Below are positions 29,313 through 39,810 of a DNA stretch of 64,000 nt, one piece after another. The notes beneath the pieces were generated by a model. That model was not told where the DNA came from and did not search any database. It saw nothing but the letters and a program-made list of their open reading frames with translations. This stretch comes from Bacteroidota bacterium. GTDB taxonomy: Bacteria; Bacteroidota; Bacteroidia; Bacteroidales; NBLH01. Position numbers and translations under genes: made by a program. The stretch is from assembly GCA_025361565.1 (NCBI GenBank), contig JANYKN010000195.1, positions 22,791-86,790 of the forward strand, in the 5' to 3' direction. The number at the start of each line of letters is the position of its first letter. The first letter of the stretch is position 1.

Positions 29313-30050
29313 AAAATAATAAATTTAGGTTAACAATTATAAAATAATATTTCAAAAGTAATATAAATATAGAATCTAACAAATAATCAAACTATATTTA
29401 TTTAAGAAATTTTAACATATTATAAGGACGGAATAAAAATTGCTTTGGTTGCGTTACTTTAAATACAAATATCAATCTTCTCATTTGTAAGCACATGAAA
29501 TAGACGGTATACAATGAATTCCATCATTCATTAAATACAAAGCTGATATAATTCATAAATAAAAAAAGATTAAAACATCCTTTACTTTAATATAATATAT
29601 GTTAAATTGTGTAAAAAAACATCAATTTCAATCTCTTGACATTTACATCTATTTTTTATTGATAAAATCAAATAAATTAACAAATCTCAAAATTTTTCGA
29701 AATTGTAAAATAGGCATTTAAACTATTCTAATTATTTTCCATAGTTAATAAGTTTAGATTAATAAATTACGTGTAAAAATATACTTATTTTTCTTATACC
29801 CCCAATTTACAAGCAACTATTTTTAAATTTTTTACTTTTTTACTATAACAACCCCATTATTTCATCATTTTATTATTATTTATTAAATAAATTAAAAACA
29901 TTTAATAATCCTAAATGAAATAATTAAGAATAGAAATTTGGATGATAATTTCTCAAATTGACTATAAATCATTTTATTTATTAAAACCCAAATACAAGCA
30001 ACAATATTCAGATTTATTATTGCAAGACAAAATAATTATGGATAGTTCTA

Positions 30051-30091
30051 AACAAAAAACCTTTATTGACTTTCAGGAAAGCCAATAAAGG
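30051..30091 (-). terminator. candidate terminator of the hutI-ftcD transcript
   Basis: Stem cctttattg (30060-30068) / caataaagg (30083-30091), followed by a T-run on the minus strand. It lies 158 nt past the ftcD stop, hence moderate confidence. Confidence 0.5.
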
Positions 30092-30248
30092 TATATTTGA
30101 ACTATTCATTTATTAGAATTTGATGATCTTATAAAATATTAGTTTAATAGAATAGTTACAGACGAATCATTAAGGCAACTCATCTTAAAATTTAACAGTT
30201 TTATTCAGCATTCAATGTATAGTAAAGAATAGTAAACGTAGCTAATTT

Positions 30249-31937
30249 TCAAGCAATCCTTTCATTAACCAATTGAAGAATCGCCTGTTCTTCAGCTAAG
30301 GCATTGTTCTGAATATTTAAGCCTTCGTAGATTATTCTTTTTGCATAATCCTTGTCATCAAGTCCTGCAGCATTGACCTTTACATTTAAAAATGCTCCGA
30401 TTATAGCTGATCGTGTGGCCAATGCACCAACCCCTGCATCAGTTATTGAATTGGGATTACCATGATGACACATGGCTTTGATAATTTCGAAGGACTGAAA
30501 TGCCAATTGCATCACTTTAAATGGAACATCCATAGCATACTTTGTTGCAGACTGGATGGCTTTTTTCCTTTCTATTTTTTCACTTTCTGTTGATTTTGGC
30601 AAAGCAAATGCATCCATAATTCCGTTAAAAGCTATTGTGTCCTCATCCACACATCGCAATAATTCGTCTTTTATTTTTTGTGCTTTCTCTGCCCAAATTG
30701 AATAATCCTCCCATTTATGGTCCCAGCCACGTTTATGTGCGGATAGATTTGCAACCATTCCACCAAGTGAAGCTCCTAAAACCCCCATATATGCCGAGAT
30801 TGAACCTCCCCCAGGTGCTGTGGACTCAGATGCAGTTTCGTTGGCAAATTCGCGAAGGTTCATATTAATTAAATTGGACTTATTTTTATCTTCGAGCAGG
30901 TATTCAATAATCCTCTCACGAGAATTAAAAGGTTTTAAATCATCCAGACCAAGAGATTTAACTGCAATATGAATAATTTCTTCTTCAGAAATACCAAGTG
31001 AGCGATTTTGCATTTTAAGATAATGTTTCCCTGCATCCAAAATTGAATTGAGCGGGACTAAACCAACAAGTTCGGAACCTGTAACACGCATACCTCTTTC
31101 AGCTGCTTTTAAGCAAACCTCATCAAATGCCTGATGGATAGACGTGACTGTAATATCTGTCAAATTAATTGATATTTGAGCAATTCCATATTCTTTTATA
31201 AACCAACCAATTGCTTTGGTTTTTTTTAATGATCCAGGAATACGCAATGGTTCACCATTTTTGTCATTGATGATTTTTCCACTGATTGGATCTCCTTCGC
31301 GTTTAATACGCCCAGCTTCACGAATATCAAAAGCTATTGCATTTGCTTTGCGGGTTGAAGTGGTGTTTAGGTTTACATTATAAGCAACCAGAAAATTTCT
31401 GGCTCCTATAGCAATTGCGCCAGCTGTTATATTAAATTCTGCAGGTCCAAAATCAGGCTTCCACTCAGGTTTGGCCAATTTTTCTTTTAATCCTTCATAC
31501 TCTCCAGACCTGCAATTTGCAAGATTTTTACGTTTCTCTTCATATGCAGCAAATTCATAACAATAGACAGGAATAATGAGTTCTTCCCCTACCCTTTTTG
31601 CCAATTTCCTTGCATATTCGACTGTTTCGTCCATAGTGATATTGGAAATAGGAATAAATGGACATACATCTGTTGCACCAAAGCGTGGATGTTCTCCATG
31701 ATGCTTGCTCATGTCGATTAATTCCGCAGCTTTCTGGATAGCAAGAAATGCGGCTTCAACTACTTCATCAGGACTTCCCACAAATGTAACGACTGTTCTG
31801 TTAGTTGCTTTACCAGGATCAACATCTAAAAGGCGGATTCCTTCAACCGATTCAATTTCATTTGTAATTTGTTTGATGATTTCCATATTGTTCCCTTCGC
31901 TGAAATTTGGAACACATTCTATTAGTTGCTTTATCAT
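30249..31937 (-). CDS. ftcD: bifunctional glutamate formimidoyltransferase / formimidoyltetrahydrofolate cyclodeaminase
   Basis: N-terminus LIECVPNFSEGNN...RLLDVDPGKATNRTVVTFVG. At 562 aa the length implies the fused cyclodeaminase domain. Adjacent to hutI. Confidence 0.85.
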   Translation of the reverse strand: MIKQLIECVPNFSEGNNMEIIKQITNEIESVEGIRLLDVDPGKATNRTVVTFVGSPDEVVEAAFLAIQKAAELIDMSKHHGEHPRFGATDVCPFIPISNITMDETVEYARKLAKRVGEELIIPVYCYEFAAYEEKRKNLANCRSGEYEGLKEKLAKPEWKPDFGPAEFNITAGAIAIGARNFLVAYNVNLNTTSTRKANAIAFDIREAGRIKREGDPISGKIINDKNGEPLRIPGSLKKTKAIGWFIKEYGIAQISINLTDITVTSIHQAFDEVCLKAAERGMRVTGSELVGLVPLNSILDAGKHYLKMQNRSLGISEEEIIHIAVKSLGLDDLKPFNSRERIIEYLLEDKNKSNLINMNLREFANETASESTAPGGGSISAYMGVLGASLGGMVANLSAHKRGWDHKWEDYSIWAEKAQKIKDELLRCVDEDTIAFNGIMDAFALPKSTESEKIERKKAIQSATKYAMDVPFKVMQLAFQSFEIIKAMCHHGNPNSITDAGVGALATRSAIIGAFLNVKVNAAGLDDKDYAKRIIYEGLNIQNNALAEEQAILQLVNERIA

Positions 31938-31986
31938 TATTTATATTTTAATTGTTGGATTTTGTTTGCTGCTTTTCTAATTAAAT

Positions 31987-33240
31987 TTAAATTACTTTTC
32001 CATTAAGTATCACCATATCAATCAAATCACTTCCAAATGCATAAGGAAAAAACTCAATGGAAGGAATTTCTTTAGTAATAAAAACATTGGCAATTTTGCC
32101 TTTGGCAATGCTTCCAACTTCTTCACTCAAACCCATGGCATAAGCAGTATTGATAGTTGTTGCATTGATTACTTCTTCGGGTAAAAGCTTGTAATTGATA
32201 CATCCAAAAGATTGCATCAATTTCATATTGCCTGTGGGAGAAGAACCCGGATTGAAATCAGAAGCCAGTGCAATTGGCAGACCGGCATCAATCATTTTCC
32301 TGGCAGGAGAATATTTCATTCCGAGGAAAAATGCAGCTCCGGGTAATATTGTAGGCATTGTTTCAGAATCCAATAAAACTTTAATTTCTTCATCTCCAAC
32401 ATATTCAAGATGATCCACTGATAAAGCATTATATTTGACTCCAACCTGAATTCCACCAGAATTCGCCAATTCATTGGCATGTATTTTAGCCTTTAAGCCA
32501 TATTTCATTCCAGCCATCAAAATCCTATCGGTATCATTAACAGTAAAAAAACCTTTATCGCAAAAAACATCTATAAAATCCGCCAATTCTTCTGCTGCCA
32601 CCATTGGAATCATTTCATTGATTACACAATCAACATATTCGGTTTGATTTTGTTTATATTCAACAGGAACCGCATGCGCCCCTAAAAAAGTTGCTTTTAT
32701 TTGAACAGGCGTGGTTTCTTTTAATCGTTTGATTACACGCAACATTTTCATTTCATCCTGTGGGTTTAAACCGTAACCGCTTTTAATCTCGACAGCGCCT
32801 GTACCTTGTTTAATTATCTCATATATCCTTTTTAATGACTGTTGATATAATTCATCCTCGCTGGTTTTGTGTAAAAGCCTTGCTGAATTTAGAATACCGC
32901 CACCTCGTTTTGCAATTTCTTCATAGCTTAAGCCCCTAATTTTGTCCATATACTCAATTTCGCGACTGCCCGCATAAACCAGATGTGTATGAGAATCGAC
33001 AAATGAAGGAAAAACCATTTTCCCAGAAGCATCTATTTCAATTATTTCATTGGTTTCATTGTAAATTTTAGATAAATCGAGATCCTTCATCGATCCAAAA
33101 TCAGCAATCAAATGATCTCTAATAAACAAAAAGGCATTGTCAATGGTATTTATTTTCGCCATTTCTTTACCAGACACTTTGAGCTTGATTTTTTGCTCAA
33201 CCTGAACCAGTTTTTTTATATTTTTAATGATTGTTAACAT
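31987..33240 (-). CDS. hutI: imidazolonepropionase
   Basis: FVDSHTHLVYAGSR, HANE and DFNPGSSP metal/active-site blocks. Start moved to ATG 33240 (MLTIIKNIKK...) because the longer ORF (to 33342) runs through the upstream terminator hairpin. Confidence 0.85.
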   Translation of the reverse strand: MLTIIKNIKKLVQVEQKIKLKVSGKEMAKINTIDNAFLFIRDHLIADFGSMKDLDLSKIYNETNEIIEIDASGKMVFPSFVDSHTHLVYAGSREIEYMDKIRGLSYEEIAKRGGGILNSARLLHKTSEDELYQQSLKRIYEIIKQGTGAVEIKSGYGLNPQDEMKMLRVIKRLKETTPVQIKATFLGAHAVPVEYKQNQTEYVDCVINEMIPMVAAEELADFIDVFCDKGFFTVNDTDRILMAGMKYGLKAKIHANELANSGGIQVGVKYNALSVDHLEYVGDEEIKVLLDSETMPTILPGAAFFLGMKYSPARKMIDAGLPIALASDFNPGSSPTGNMKLMQSFGCINYKLLPEEVINATTINTAYAMGLSEEVGSIAKGKIANVFITKEIPSIEFFPYAFGSDLIDMVILNGKVI

Positions 33241-33280
33241 AGAAATTAGAGATTTGCAAAAAGGGAAAAAGGTATGTACT

Positions 33281-33335
33281 AAATAAAAGAAAAACGTCAT
33301 TATTTCAGTTAAAACAACCAAAAATAATGACGTTT
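33281..33335 (-). terminator. rho-independent terminator downstream of lolA
   Basis: Perfect 14-bp stem aaacgtcattattt (33292-33305) / aaataatgacgttt (33322-33335). A T-rich run follows on the minus strand. Confidence 0.8.
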
Positions 33336-33383
33336 CATGCAATTTTCAATCAATATTGGATTTCATATAAATCTAATGATTTA

Positions 33384-34037
33384 TTAATCACGCATATCGT
33401 TAATTTCTAGATCTTTAGGAAACTTAGAAGGGTCAAACTTAAACATTGAATCGTTTACTTTTACATTTGGTTTAAATTCCTTTAATTCAATGGTATAATC
33501 GATTCCTTCTTTCCCAATCATTTTGATGGACTCAAGTTGGCTTTTAGCTTTGTCAATTTTCAACTTAACAATTGAATAGTTTTTATCTTTTGGATTTTCG
33601 GGGTATAAATCAATCTGATAAAAGGTTTGCGCACCCTTGGTTAATTCACCCATGAATTTATATTTAAATCCTTTCTCATATACCTTTAGCAACATTTGAG
33701 GATTAAGGGCATTGTCATCTTTGGGATCTGGCTGGGTAATCGTAAGTTCATTTGAACTAACTTGATGTGTCCAAATCGTTTTCCCATCAGAGAATACTTC
33801 ATTTCCTTTAAAAAACAATTTGAACATATCTCCTTTAATATAAATATTTCCTTTGGTAGTATCCTGAACCTTTTCAATCTTGTTATCCATGATATAACTA
33901 AATTTCAACATAATAGTTGAATAAGACTTTGTTTTTTTCGATACTTCTTCCAGAATTTTTTTTGCTTTTTCATCTTTCTGTGCCGATATTGAAAAGCTAA
34001 GGACTAAAAGTAATAATGGGATTAATAATTTTTTCAT
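33384..34037 (-). CDS. lolA: outer-membrane lipoprotein carrier protein LolA-like
   Basis: Signal peptide, about 217 aa, and the conserved Bacteroidota position directly downstream of ftsK. Has the KGNIYIKGDMFKL...DGKTIW pattern. Confidence 0.7.
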   Translation of the reverse strand: MKKLLIPLLLLVLSFSISAQKDEKAKKILEEVSKKTKSYSTIMLKFSYIMDNKIEKVQDTTKGNIYIKGDMFKLFFKGNEVFSDGKTIWTHQVSSNELTITQPDPKDDNALNPQMLLKVYEKGFKYKFMGELTKGAQTFYQIDLYPENPKDKNYSIVKLKIDKAKSQLESIKMIGKEGIDYTIELKEFKPNVKVNDSMFKFDPSKFPKDLEINDMRD

Positions 34038-34303
34038 CTTTAGATAATTAATTTTTCGTTAATACTCAGGAATTTGCACGTCTGGCTATCCGGAAAAGCT
34101 AACGCTAAATCGTTCCTTTTTGTTATAAATAAGTGCTTAATAAAATTTTGAGCCTGCAAAGTAAAGTCATTTTTTTAAGAGGTAAAAAAATATCATGAAT
34201 TTATTCGATGAAAGTTCTGTTAATACAGATTAATCAAACTTTTGATACATTTTTCCTTATATATTTTTAATCAAAATCATATTTTAAAATGAAATATCTA
34301 TAA

Positions 34304-36793
34304 TTAATTCCTGAAATTCTTTAAGAATTGTTCAAGTGCATATTCATCTGTAATTAAAACCTGTCGCGCCTTGCTTCCTTCAAACTGACCAACAATTCCA
34401 GCTGCTTCAAGTTGATCTATTATTCTACCGGCACGATTATACCCTATCGATAATTTTCTTTGAATCAATGAAGTGGAGCCTTGCTGATGCATGACTACCA
34501 TTCTGGCAGCATCATCAAAAAGATCATCCAACTTAGATAAATCTACTTCATCTATTTCACCATCCTGTTCAGAATCAGGCTCAGGAAGCATAAAAGCCGT
34601 TGGATATGATTGCTGTGAATAAATAAACCCGGTAATCTTATCAAGTTCTGCAGTATCGATAAAAGCGCACTGCAAACGAACAAGATCACTGCCTTCGGTA
34701 ATTAACATATCGCCGCGCCCAATTAGCTGATTTGCTCCAGGACTATCAAGAATAGTTCTGGAATCGACCATGGATGCTACTTTAAATGCTAAACGAGTTG
34801 GGAAATTAGCTTTGATAACACCAGTAATAATGTTTGTGGATGGCCGTTGGGTTGCAATAATCAAATGGATACCAACAGCCCTTGACAATTGCGCTAGACG
34901 GGCAATAGGCATCTCGACTTCTTTACCAACGGTAATAATTAAATCGGCAAACTCATCAATAACCAAAACCAGATATGGTAAAAACTTATGTCCTTTTTGT
35001 GGATTTAATCTTCGATTGGTGAACTTTTCATTATATTCTTTAATATTTCTGACTTGCGCACTTTTTAAAAGGTTGTACCTGTTTTCCATTTCTTTACATA
35101 ATGAATTCAGGGTATAAACTACCTGTGAATTTTCAGTAATAATGGCCTCTTTAGCATCTGGTAGCTTGGCCAGGAAATGTTTTTCAATTTTTTCGTATAA
35201 TGTGAGCTCAACTTTTTTAGGATCTACAAAAATGAATTTAAGCTGAGATGGATGTTTTTTATAAAGCAAGGAAGTAATAATGGCATTCAAACCCACAGAT
35301 TTACCTTGACCTGTTGCTCCGGCAACCAGCAAATGAGGCATTTTTGTCAAATCTACGATATAAGATTCGTTTGAAATTGTTTTTCCCAGTGCAATTGGCA
35401 ATTCATATTTTGATTCCTGAAATTTCAGTGAAGAAATTACAGAGCGCATAGAAACAATTTCTGGTTTTAGGTTTGGAACCTCAATTCCAATCGTACCTCT
35501 TCCAGGCATAGGAGCAATAATCCTAATTCCAAGTGCAGCAAGGCTAAGTGCTATATCATCCTCAAGATTTTTAATTTTAGAAATACGAACTCCAGGTGCT
35601 GGAACAATTTCGTATAGTGTGATTGTTGGGCCAATTGTTGCCTTAATCTTGATGATTTCAATTTTATAATTGCGAAGAGTTTCTACAATTTTGTTTTTAT
35701 TTTGTAACAGTTCTTCATTAGTTACGATAGAATCGGCAGAACGATGATCGTCAAGCAAATCAAGGGGTGGATATTTATAATTCGATAAATCCAATGTTGG
35801 ATCATAACTTTCAAGACCTTCAAAAACTTCATCGGTCTCAATATCCTGATTTTTCTCAACATCCAGGACCAAGCTCGATTTTACAGGCTCAATTCCTTCT
35901 ACTTCTAATTCATCATTGACTGTATTTTCAACTTCGAAGCCCAATTCATCCTTATCTACAACTTTTCCATCATCATGAAGCAGCAAACGCTTGCGATCAA
36001 CAGTCTCTGTTATTTCATTTGTATCTAAATCAATATTGCTTTTATCATTAACATAAATATCTTCAACATTTTCAGCGGAGGCAACTGTTTCGTTTACTAC
36101 TTGCTTGTTATTTTGATTAGCTCCTACAATGCCTGCAACATTTTTAATCGCATCTATATTTATTTTCTGGCCCAACCAATTATAAGATTTTTGAAAAGTA
36201 AATAAAATAAAAGCAGCAAGCGATATTATTAATACAAACGCAGTGCCCAATGAGCCTAATGAAGCAACCATCCAAGTACTTATAAAATAGCCATGCGACC
36301 CTCCCAATATCAAGTAATCATCACCAAAAATGAATGACAATGTAATTGAAAGCCAAAGTGTGCCACTTACAATATATTTTAAAGATTTTCCTATGGGTAC
36401 AATTTTGATATTAACCAGATAGAAGCTTAACAGAATCAAAACAAAGACCAAAGAAAAAGAAGAGATACCAAACCATTTGTAGATGAATAAATGAGCAATT
36501 GAAGCACCCATTTTTCCAGAAGAGTTTTCTACCTGTATATCTGTATCCAATGAATATCCGGATGCATCAAACTGGCTCTGATCTACTGACCAATTTGAAA
36601 GATAAGAAATAAATGCAACAAAAATGAAAAGTGCAAAAAACATGCTTAATCCAGCCAACAGAAGTTTGGTCCTTCCATCTTTAAATAATTTGTTGGCTAG
36701 AATATAAAATGATTCATTTTGGGTATTCCCTACAGCCGCCTTTTTTTGAGTTTTTGTTGATTTTGCAGATGTTTGTGCCTTTTTTACAGCCAT
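34304..36793 (-). CDS. ftsK: DNA translocase FtsK
   Basis: N-terminal polytopic membrane domain and a linker. Motor domain with HLLVAGATGQGKS (Walker A) and LVLVIDEFADL (Walker B). C-terminal gamma domain LIQRKLSIGYNRAGRIIDQLE. Confidence 0.92.
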   Translation of the reverse strand: MAVKKAQTSAKSTKTQKKAAVGNTQNESFYILANKLFKDGRTKLLLAGLSMFFALFIFVAFISYLSNWSVDQSQFDASGYSLDTDIQVENSSGKMGASIAHLFIYKWFGISSFSLVFVLILLSFYLVNIKIVPIGKSLKYIVSGTLWLSITLSFIFGDDYLILGGSHGYFISTWMVASLGSLGTAFVLIISLAAFILFTFQKSYNWLGQKINIDAIKNVAGIVGANQNNKQVVNETVASAENVEDIYVNDKSNIDLDTNEITETVDRKRLLLHDDGKVVDKDELGFEVENTVNDELEVEGIEPVKSSLVLDVEKNQDIETDEVFEGLESYDPTLDLSNYKYPPLDLLDDHRSADSIVTNEELLQNKNKIVETLRNYKIEIIKIKATIGPTITLYEIVPAPGVRISKIKNLEDDIALSLAALGIRIIAPMPGRGTIGIEVPNLKPEIVSMRSVISSLKFQESKYELPIALGKTISNESYIVDLTKMPHLLVAGATGQGKSVGLNAIITSLLYKKHPSQLKFIFVDPKKVELTLYEKIEKHFLAKLPDAKEAIITENSQVVYTLNSLCKEMENRYNLLKSAQVRNIKEYNEKFTNRRLNPQKGHKFLPYLVLVIDEFADLIITVGKEVEMPIARLAQLSRAVGIHLIIATQRPSTNIITGVIKANFPTRLAFKVASMVDSRTILDSPGANQLIGRGDMLITEGSDLVRLQCAFIDTAELDKITGFIYSQQSYPTAFMLPEPDSEQDGEIDEVDLSKLDDLFDDAARMVVMHQQGSTSLIQRKLSIGYNRAGRIIDQLEAAGIVGQFEGSKARQVLITDEYALEQFLKNFRN

Positions 36794-36856
36794 TTAATTA
36801 TATTTTTCATTTTAATTCGTCAACAAATGTAATAAAAACTTAGAAAAAAGTTAAAC

Positions 36857-37663
36857 TTATTGTCCAGCGGATTTGTTATAATCGTTAATAATTTTTTTCA
36901 TCTGTCCTTCAGAAATATTGACAAATCCCTTGGGTAATTCAAAAACCTCTTCTTTAATTCTTTTCCTTCGTACTTTTTCTGCGGTAAATTTCATATCAAT
37001 ATCAACCAAATTAACAGAAAACTCCATTAAAACTCCTTCAATTTCCTTAAATGGATTATTGTAGTTTGCATGCATTAAACCAATCTCATTGGTGTAGTAA
37101 AGATCTACAGTGTCCTTTAAACCATCTTCAAAAACAGCAGATGCATGTTTACATCTATAACCTGCAATTGTCTTTTCCGAATCTGAATAAATGATTTTTA
37201 CATTTTTCATCTGGTTATAACCAAATGACATTTCATCCAAATCGAAATCAGGTTTATATACATATTTTTTATCAAGAATTTGAAGCAAAGTATAATTTCT
37301 TTTCTTTGGATAATTATAAATATAAATAAGTTTAAATGTCCCAAAAAGGCCTTCGATTGAAGTTCTAGAAGCATTATATTTAAAAGAAGTTGTCATTTCT
37401 TCGGGCAGAAAGGCAATTAAAGGATTTTTTTCCTTAGATTCAAGATATTCAATTTTATAATCAATTTCGCCCTCGGTAATAAATTCATTACTAACACTAT
37501 CATTACATGCCAAAAACTGAAAAGATATTAATATGAAAAACCCATATAAGAAGCATGTGAATAGTTGCCTTTCCCTTAGCTTAAAGTAAATTTCCTTGAT
37601 TTCGATCTCCTTTTTTTTATATCCCATTTGAATCTCCTTATAATCAGAAAGGCAACAAATCAT
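36857..37663 (-). CDS. hypothetical lipoprotein (possibly distant GLPGLI-family)
   Basis: Hydrophobic leader ending FLACN. The start is uncertain (M1 or M13). YYTNEIGL...FKEIEGVLMEF weakly recalls GLPGLI-family proteins. Confidence 0.35.
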   Translation of the reverse strand: MICCLSDYKEIQMGYKKKEIEIKEIYFKLRERQLFTCFLYGFFILISFQFLACNDSVSNEFITEGEIDYKIEYLESKEKNPLIAFLPEEMTTSFKYNASRTSIEGLFGTFKLIYIYNYPKKRNYTLLQILDKKYVYKPDFDLDEMSFGYNQMKNVKIIYSDSEKTIAGYRCKHASAVFEDGLKDTVDLYYTNEIGLMHANYNNPFKEIEGVLMEFSVNLVDIDMKFTAEKVRRKRIKEEVFELPKGFVNISEGQMKKIINDYNKSAGQ

Positions 37664-38012
37664 ATCTGCCCATGCAAAAAATGCAATCTCTGGAATTCCT
37701 TTTTATATTATTTATGGCATTATCATAATTTACACCATCATACCAAACATTTGTAATAAATAGAATTACTTTTTTACATTTTACTAGAGGTTTGATATAT
37801 AGTGTATTAAATTTTGAATAGAATTATTATACTTTACTTGTCCAAATAAGTATTTTGAGGCGATAAAAGTAGGAATTATTTGCAAAAATACAATATAAAA
37901 GCATTTTGGTTTAACTGATTTGAAATTAAATGAAGAATTCAGGAATTATTTAGTGAAGAATTTGCAGAATTTTGAAAGAATTATCTATTTTAGCTTTGTC
38001 ATTTCCATAACT

Positions 38013-38099
38013 GCCCGGATGGCGAAATTGGTAGACGCGCTACATTCAGGGTGTAGTGGCTGTATGGCTGTGCAAGTTCGAGTCTTGTTCCGGGCACCA
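38013..38099 (+). tRNA. tRNA-Leu (anticodon CAG), class II with long variable arm, CCA encoded
   Basis: Hand-folded. Acceptor GCCCGGA/TCCGGGC. Anticodon stem CTACA/TGTAG with loop TTCAGGG. Variable arm TGGCTGTATGGCTGT. T-arm GCAAG-TTCGAGT-CTTGT. Ends ACCA. Confidence 0.9.
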
Positions 38100-38101
38100 T
38101 T

Positions 38102-39724
38102 CTATCTCAATCCCAACATTCCGCCAGGATTCATTATGTTTTCCGGATCAAAATGTTGTTTTAAAGCTTGCAACAATGAAATCCCATTTTCGCCATATTG
38201 TTCTTTCATCCAAGGAGAAAGTATGCGGCCAATTCCGTGATGATGAGAAAGTGATCCTTTATTTTTCACAATTACATCTACCAGCCCTTTATGAAAATTC
38301 TGATAATCTTCAACCTCCAGACCTTTTTTCCAGGGACTTAGAAAAGTGAAATATAGGTTGGCACCATTTTCATATACATGTGAAATATGAACCATCGCAA
38401 CAATTAATGGTCTGCTATTGAGATAAATGCGGGCGGAATTCCAAAGTGACAAAAGGTCTTCCCAGGTAACAGAAGTTTCAAATGTATCGGTAATGATTCC
38501 TTTGTCCATGATTGGATCACGCGCATAGGCACTTGAATAACGCTGTTCGAGCCATTTTTTAACCGGTTTTTGTCCAATATATAAACCTTTGTGTTTTTTA
38601 GCTGTCTTTTTTAGGCATTTTTTTACAAATTCAGGATATTTATTAGATCCTTCAATGGCTGCAAACATAAGCGTTCTCTGGCCAGGTTTGTAACCCAACA
38701 CTTTCAGTATTTTATCAGAGAAAGTATTTTCGAATCCCTTCATTTTAAATGCGATATCAGTTTCATCGGGATCTGAAATCCGAAATAGATGAGGCTTTCC
38801 ATAACCCGCCTGCATGGTTTCTCGCATTGATTCAACTGCTTGTTCAAAGGATTTAAAAATAAATGATGCAAAAGCGGTCTTTTCAGGATAATATTTTCTG
38901 ATTTTCAAACAAGCTTCGGTAATTACCCCAAATATACCTTCGGAACCAATGAAGATATTATTCAAGTTAATTGCTTGTGCATCTGCAGGATAATCCTTCG
39001 TTTCAATAATGCCGGAAGGTGTTACAACGTTTAATGCCAAAACCATTTCTTCAATTTTACCGTAGCCGGTAGACAATGTACCAGCACCTCTAGCAGCAAT
39101 CCATCCACCAACCGTGGAGTATTCGAAGGATTGGGGAAAATGACCACAAGTAAATCCTTGTTTATTCAATACTTTTTCAAGATCTGGTCCTAAAATGCCA
39201 GTTTCAACTGTTACTGAGCAATTCGATTCATTTATTTTAATTACTTTGTTGAAATGCTTTGATAAATCCAAGCAAACACCACCAAAGGTTGCTTGCAAAG
39301 CCATGGTTACTGAAGAACCTCCACCAAATGGAACAATTGGAATTTTATTATTGTTGCAAATTTTGACGATTTCGATAATTTGATCTGAGTTTGAAGGATA
39401 AATAACCAGATCCAGGGGATTGTCAATGATTCCCAAACGAAGTTTTAGAAGTTCAAGAAAATGTTTCCCATAGGTATGCGAGGCTCTTTCTTCTTTAGTC
39501 GAATATACATTTTCATCGCCACAAATATTTTTAAATTGCTGAATTACAGATTCTGAAATTATCAAGTCATGTTCAAAATTAAGCTCTTCATTTCCCAATA
39601 AATGAACATTTTCAAGTTCATCATTGGAAAGATTAAATTTGCTAATTAACAAATTTAACATTCCATCATCAAGCATTTCTTCTCTTTTATCTCCCCATTT
39701 AAAAATATCGCGATAGGTTTTCAT
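38102..39724 (-). CDS. FAD-binding oxidoreductase, alkyl-dihydroxyacetonephosphate synthase (AGPS)-like
   Basis: PCMH-type FAD domain (IIEIVKICNNNKIPIVPFGGGSSV). C-terminus SHHHGIGRILSPWMKEQYG...FDPENIMNPG resembles the AGPS/GlcD-family tail. N-terminal FKWGDK recalls the AGPS N-terminus. Confidence 0.6.
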   Translation of the reverse strand: MKTYRDIFKWGDKREEMLDDGMLNLLISKFNLSNDELENVHLLGNEELNFEHDLIISESVIQQFKNICGDENVYSTKEERASHTYGKHFLELLKLRLGIIDNPLDLVIYPSNSDQIIEIVKICNNNKIPIVPFGGGSSVTMALQATFGGVCLDLSKHFNKVIKINESNCSVTVETGILGPDLEKVLNKQGFTCGHFPQSFEYSTVGGWIAARGAGTLSTGYGKIEEMVLALNVVTPSGIIETKDYPADAQAINLNNIFIGSEGIFGVITEACLKIRKYYPEKTAFASFIFKSFEQAVESMRETMQAGYGKPHLFRISDPDETDIAFKMKGFENTFSDKILKVLGYKPGQRTLMFAAIEGSNKYPEFVKKCLKKTAKKHKGLYIGQKPVKKWLEQRYSSAYARDPIMDKGIITDTFETSVTWEDLLSLWNSARIYLNSRPLIVAMVHISHVYENGANLYFTFLSPWKKGLEVEDYQNFHKGLVDVIVKNKGSLSHHHGIGRILSPWMKEQYGENGISLLQALKQHFDPENIMNPGGMLGLR

Positions 39725-39810
39725 TTTTTAAATTTTCAGTTTGTTAAATTAGCGTGCCAATTATAAGCTGTTGAAATTTAGAATTTTAGGTTTTAACTAA
39801 AATTAAAACA

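Noticed and set aside
33241-33342. 34-codon N-terminal extension of the hutI ORF (MHETSLFLVVLTEIMTFFFYLVHTFFPFCKSLIS...).
   Set aside because: The extension is hydrophobic nonsense. It overlaps the perfect 14-bp terminator hairpin of the upstream lolA gene. The internal ATG at 33240 gives a normal-length imidazolonepropionase.
38013-38104. tRNA-Leu (and tRNA-Gly at 49320-49392) as integration sites of a genomic island.
   Set aside because: There is no integrase, no transposase, and no direct repeat of the tRNA 3' end in the flanks that I could find. The neighbours are ordinary metabolic and chaperone genes. The 2-nt spacing to the convergent stop codon is just tight packing.
37920-38349. Two overlapping plus-strand ORFs (106 aa and 97 aa) spanning the tRNA-Leu region.
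   Set aside because: They read straight through the tRNA-Leu gene and into the antisense of the AGPS-like gene. The tRNA fold is unambiguous, so these ORFs are spurious.
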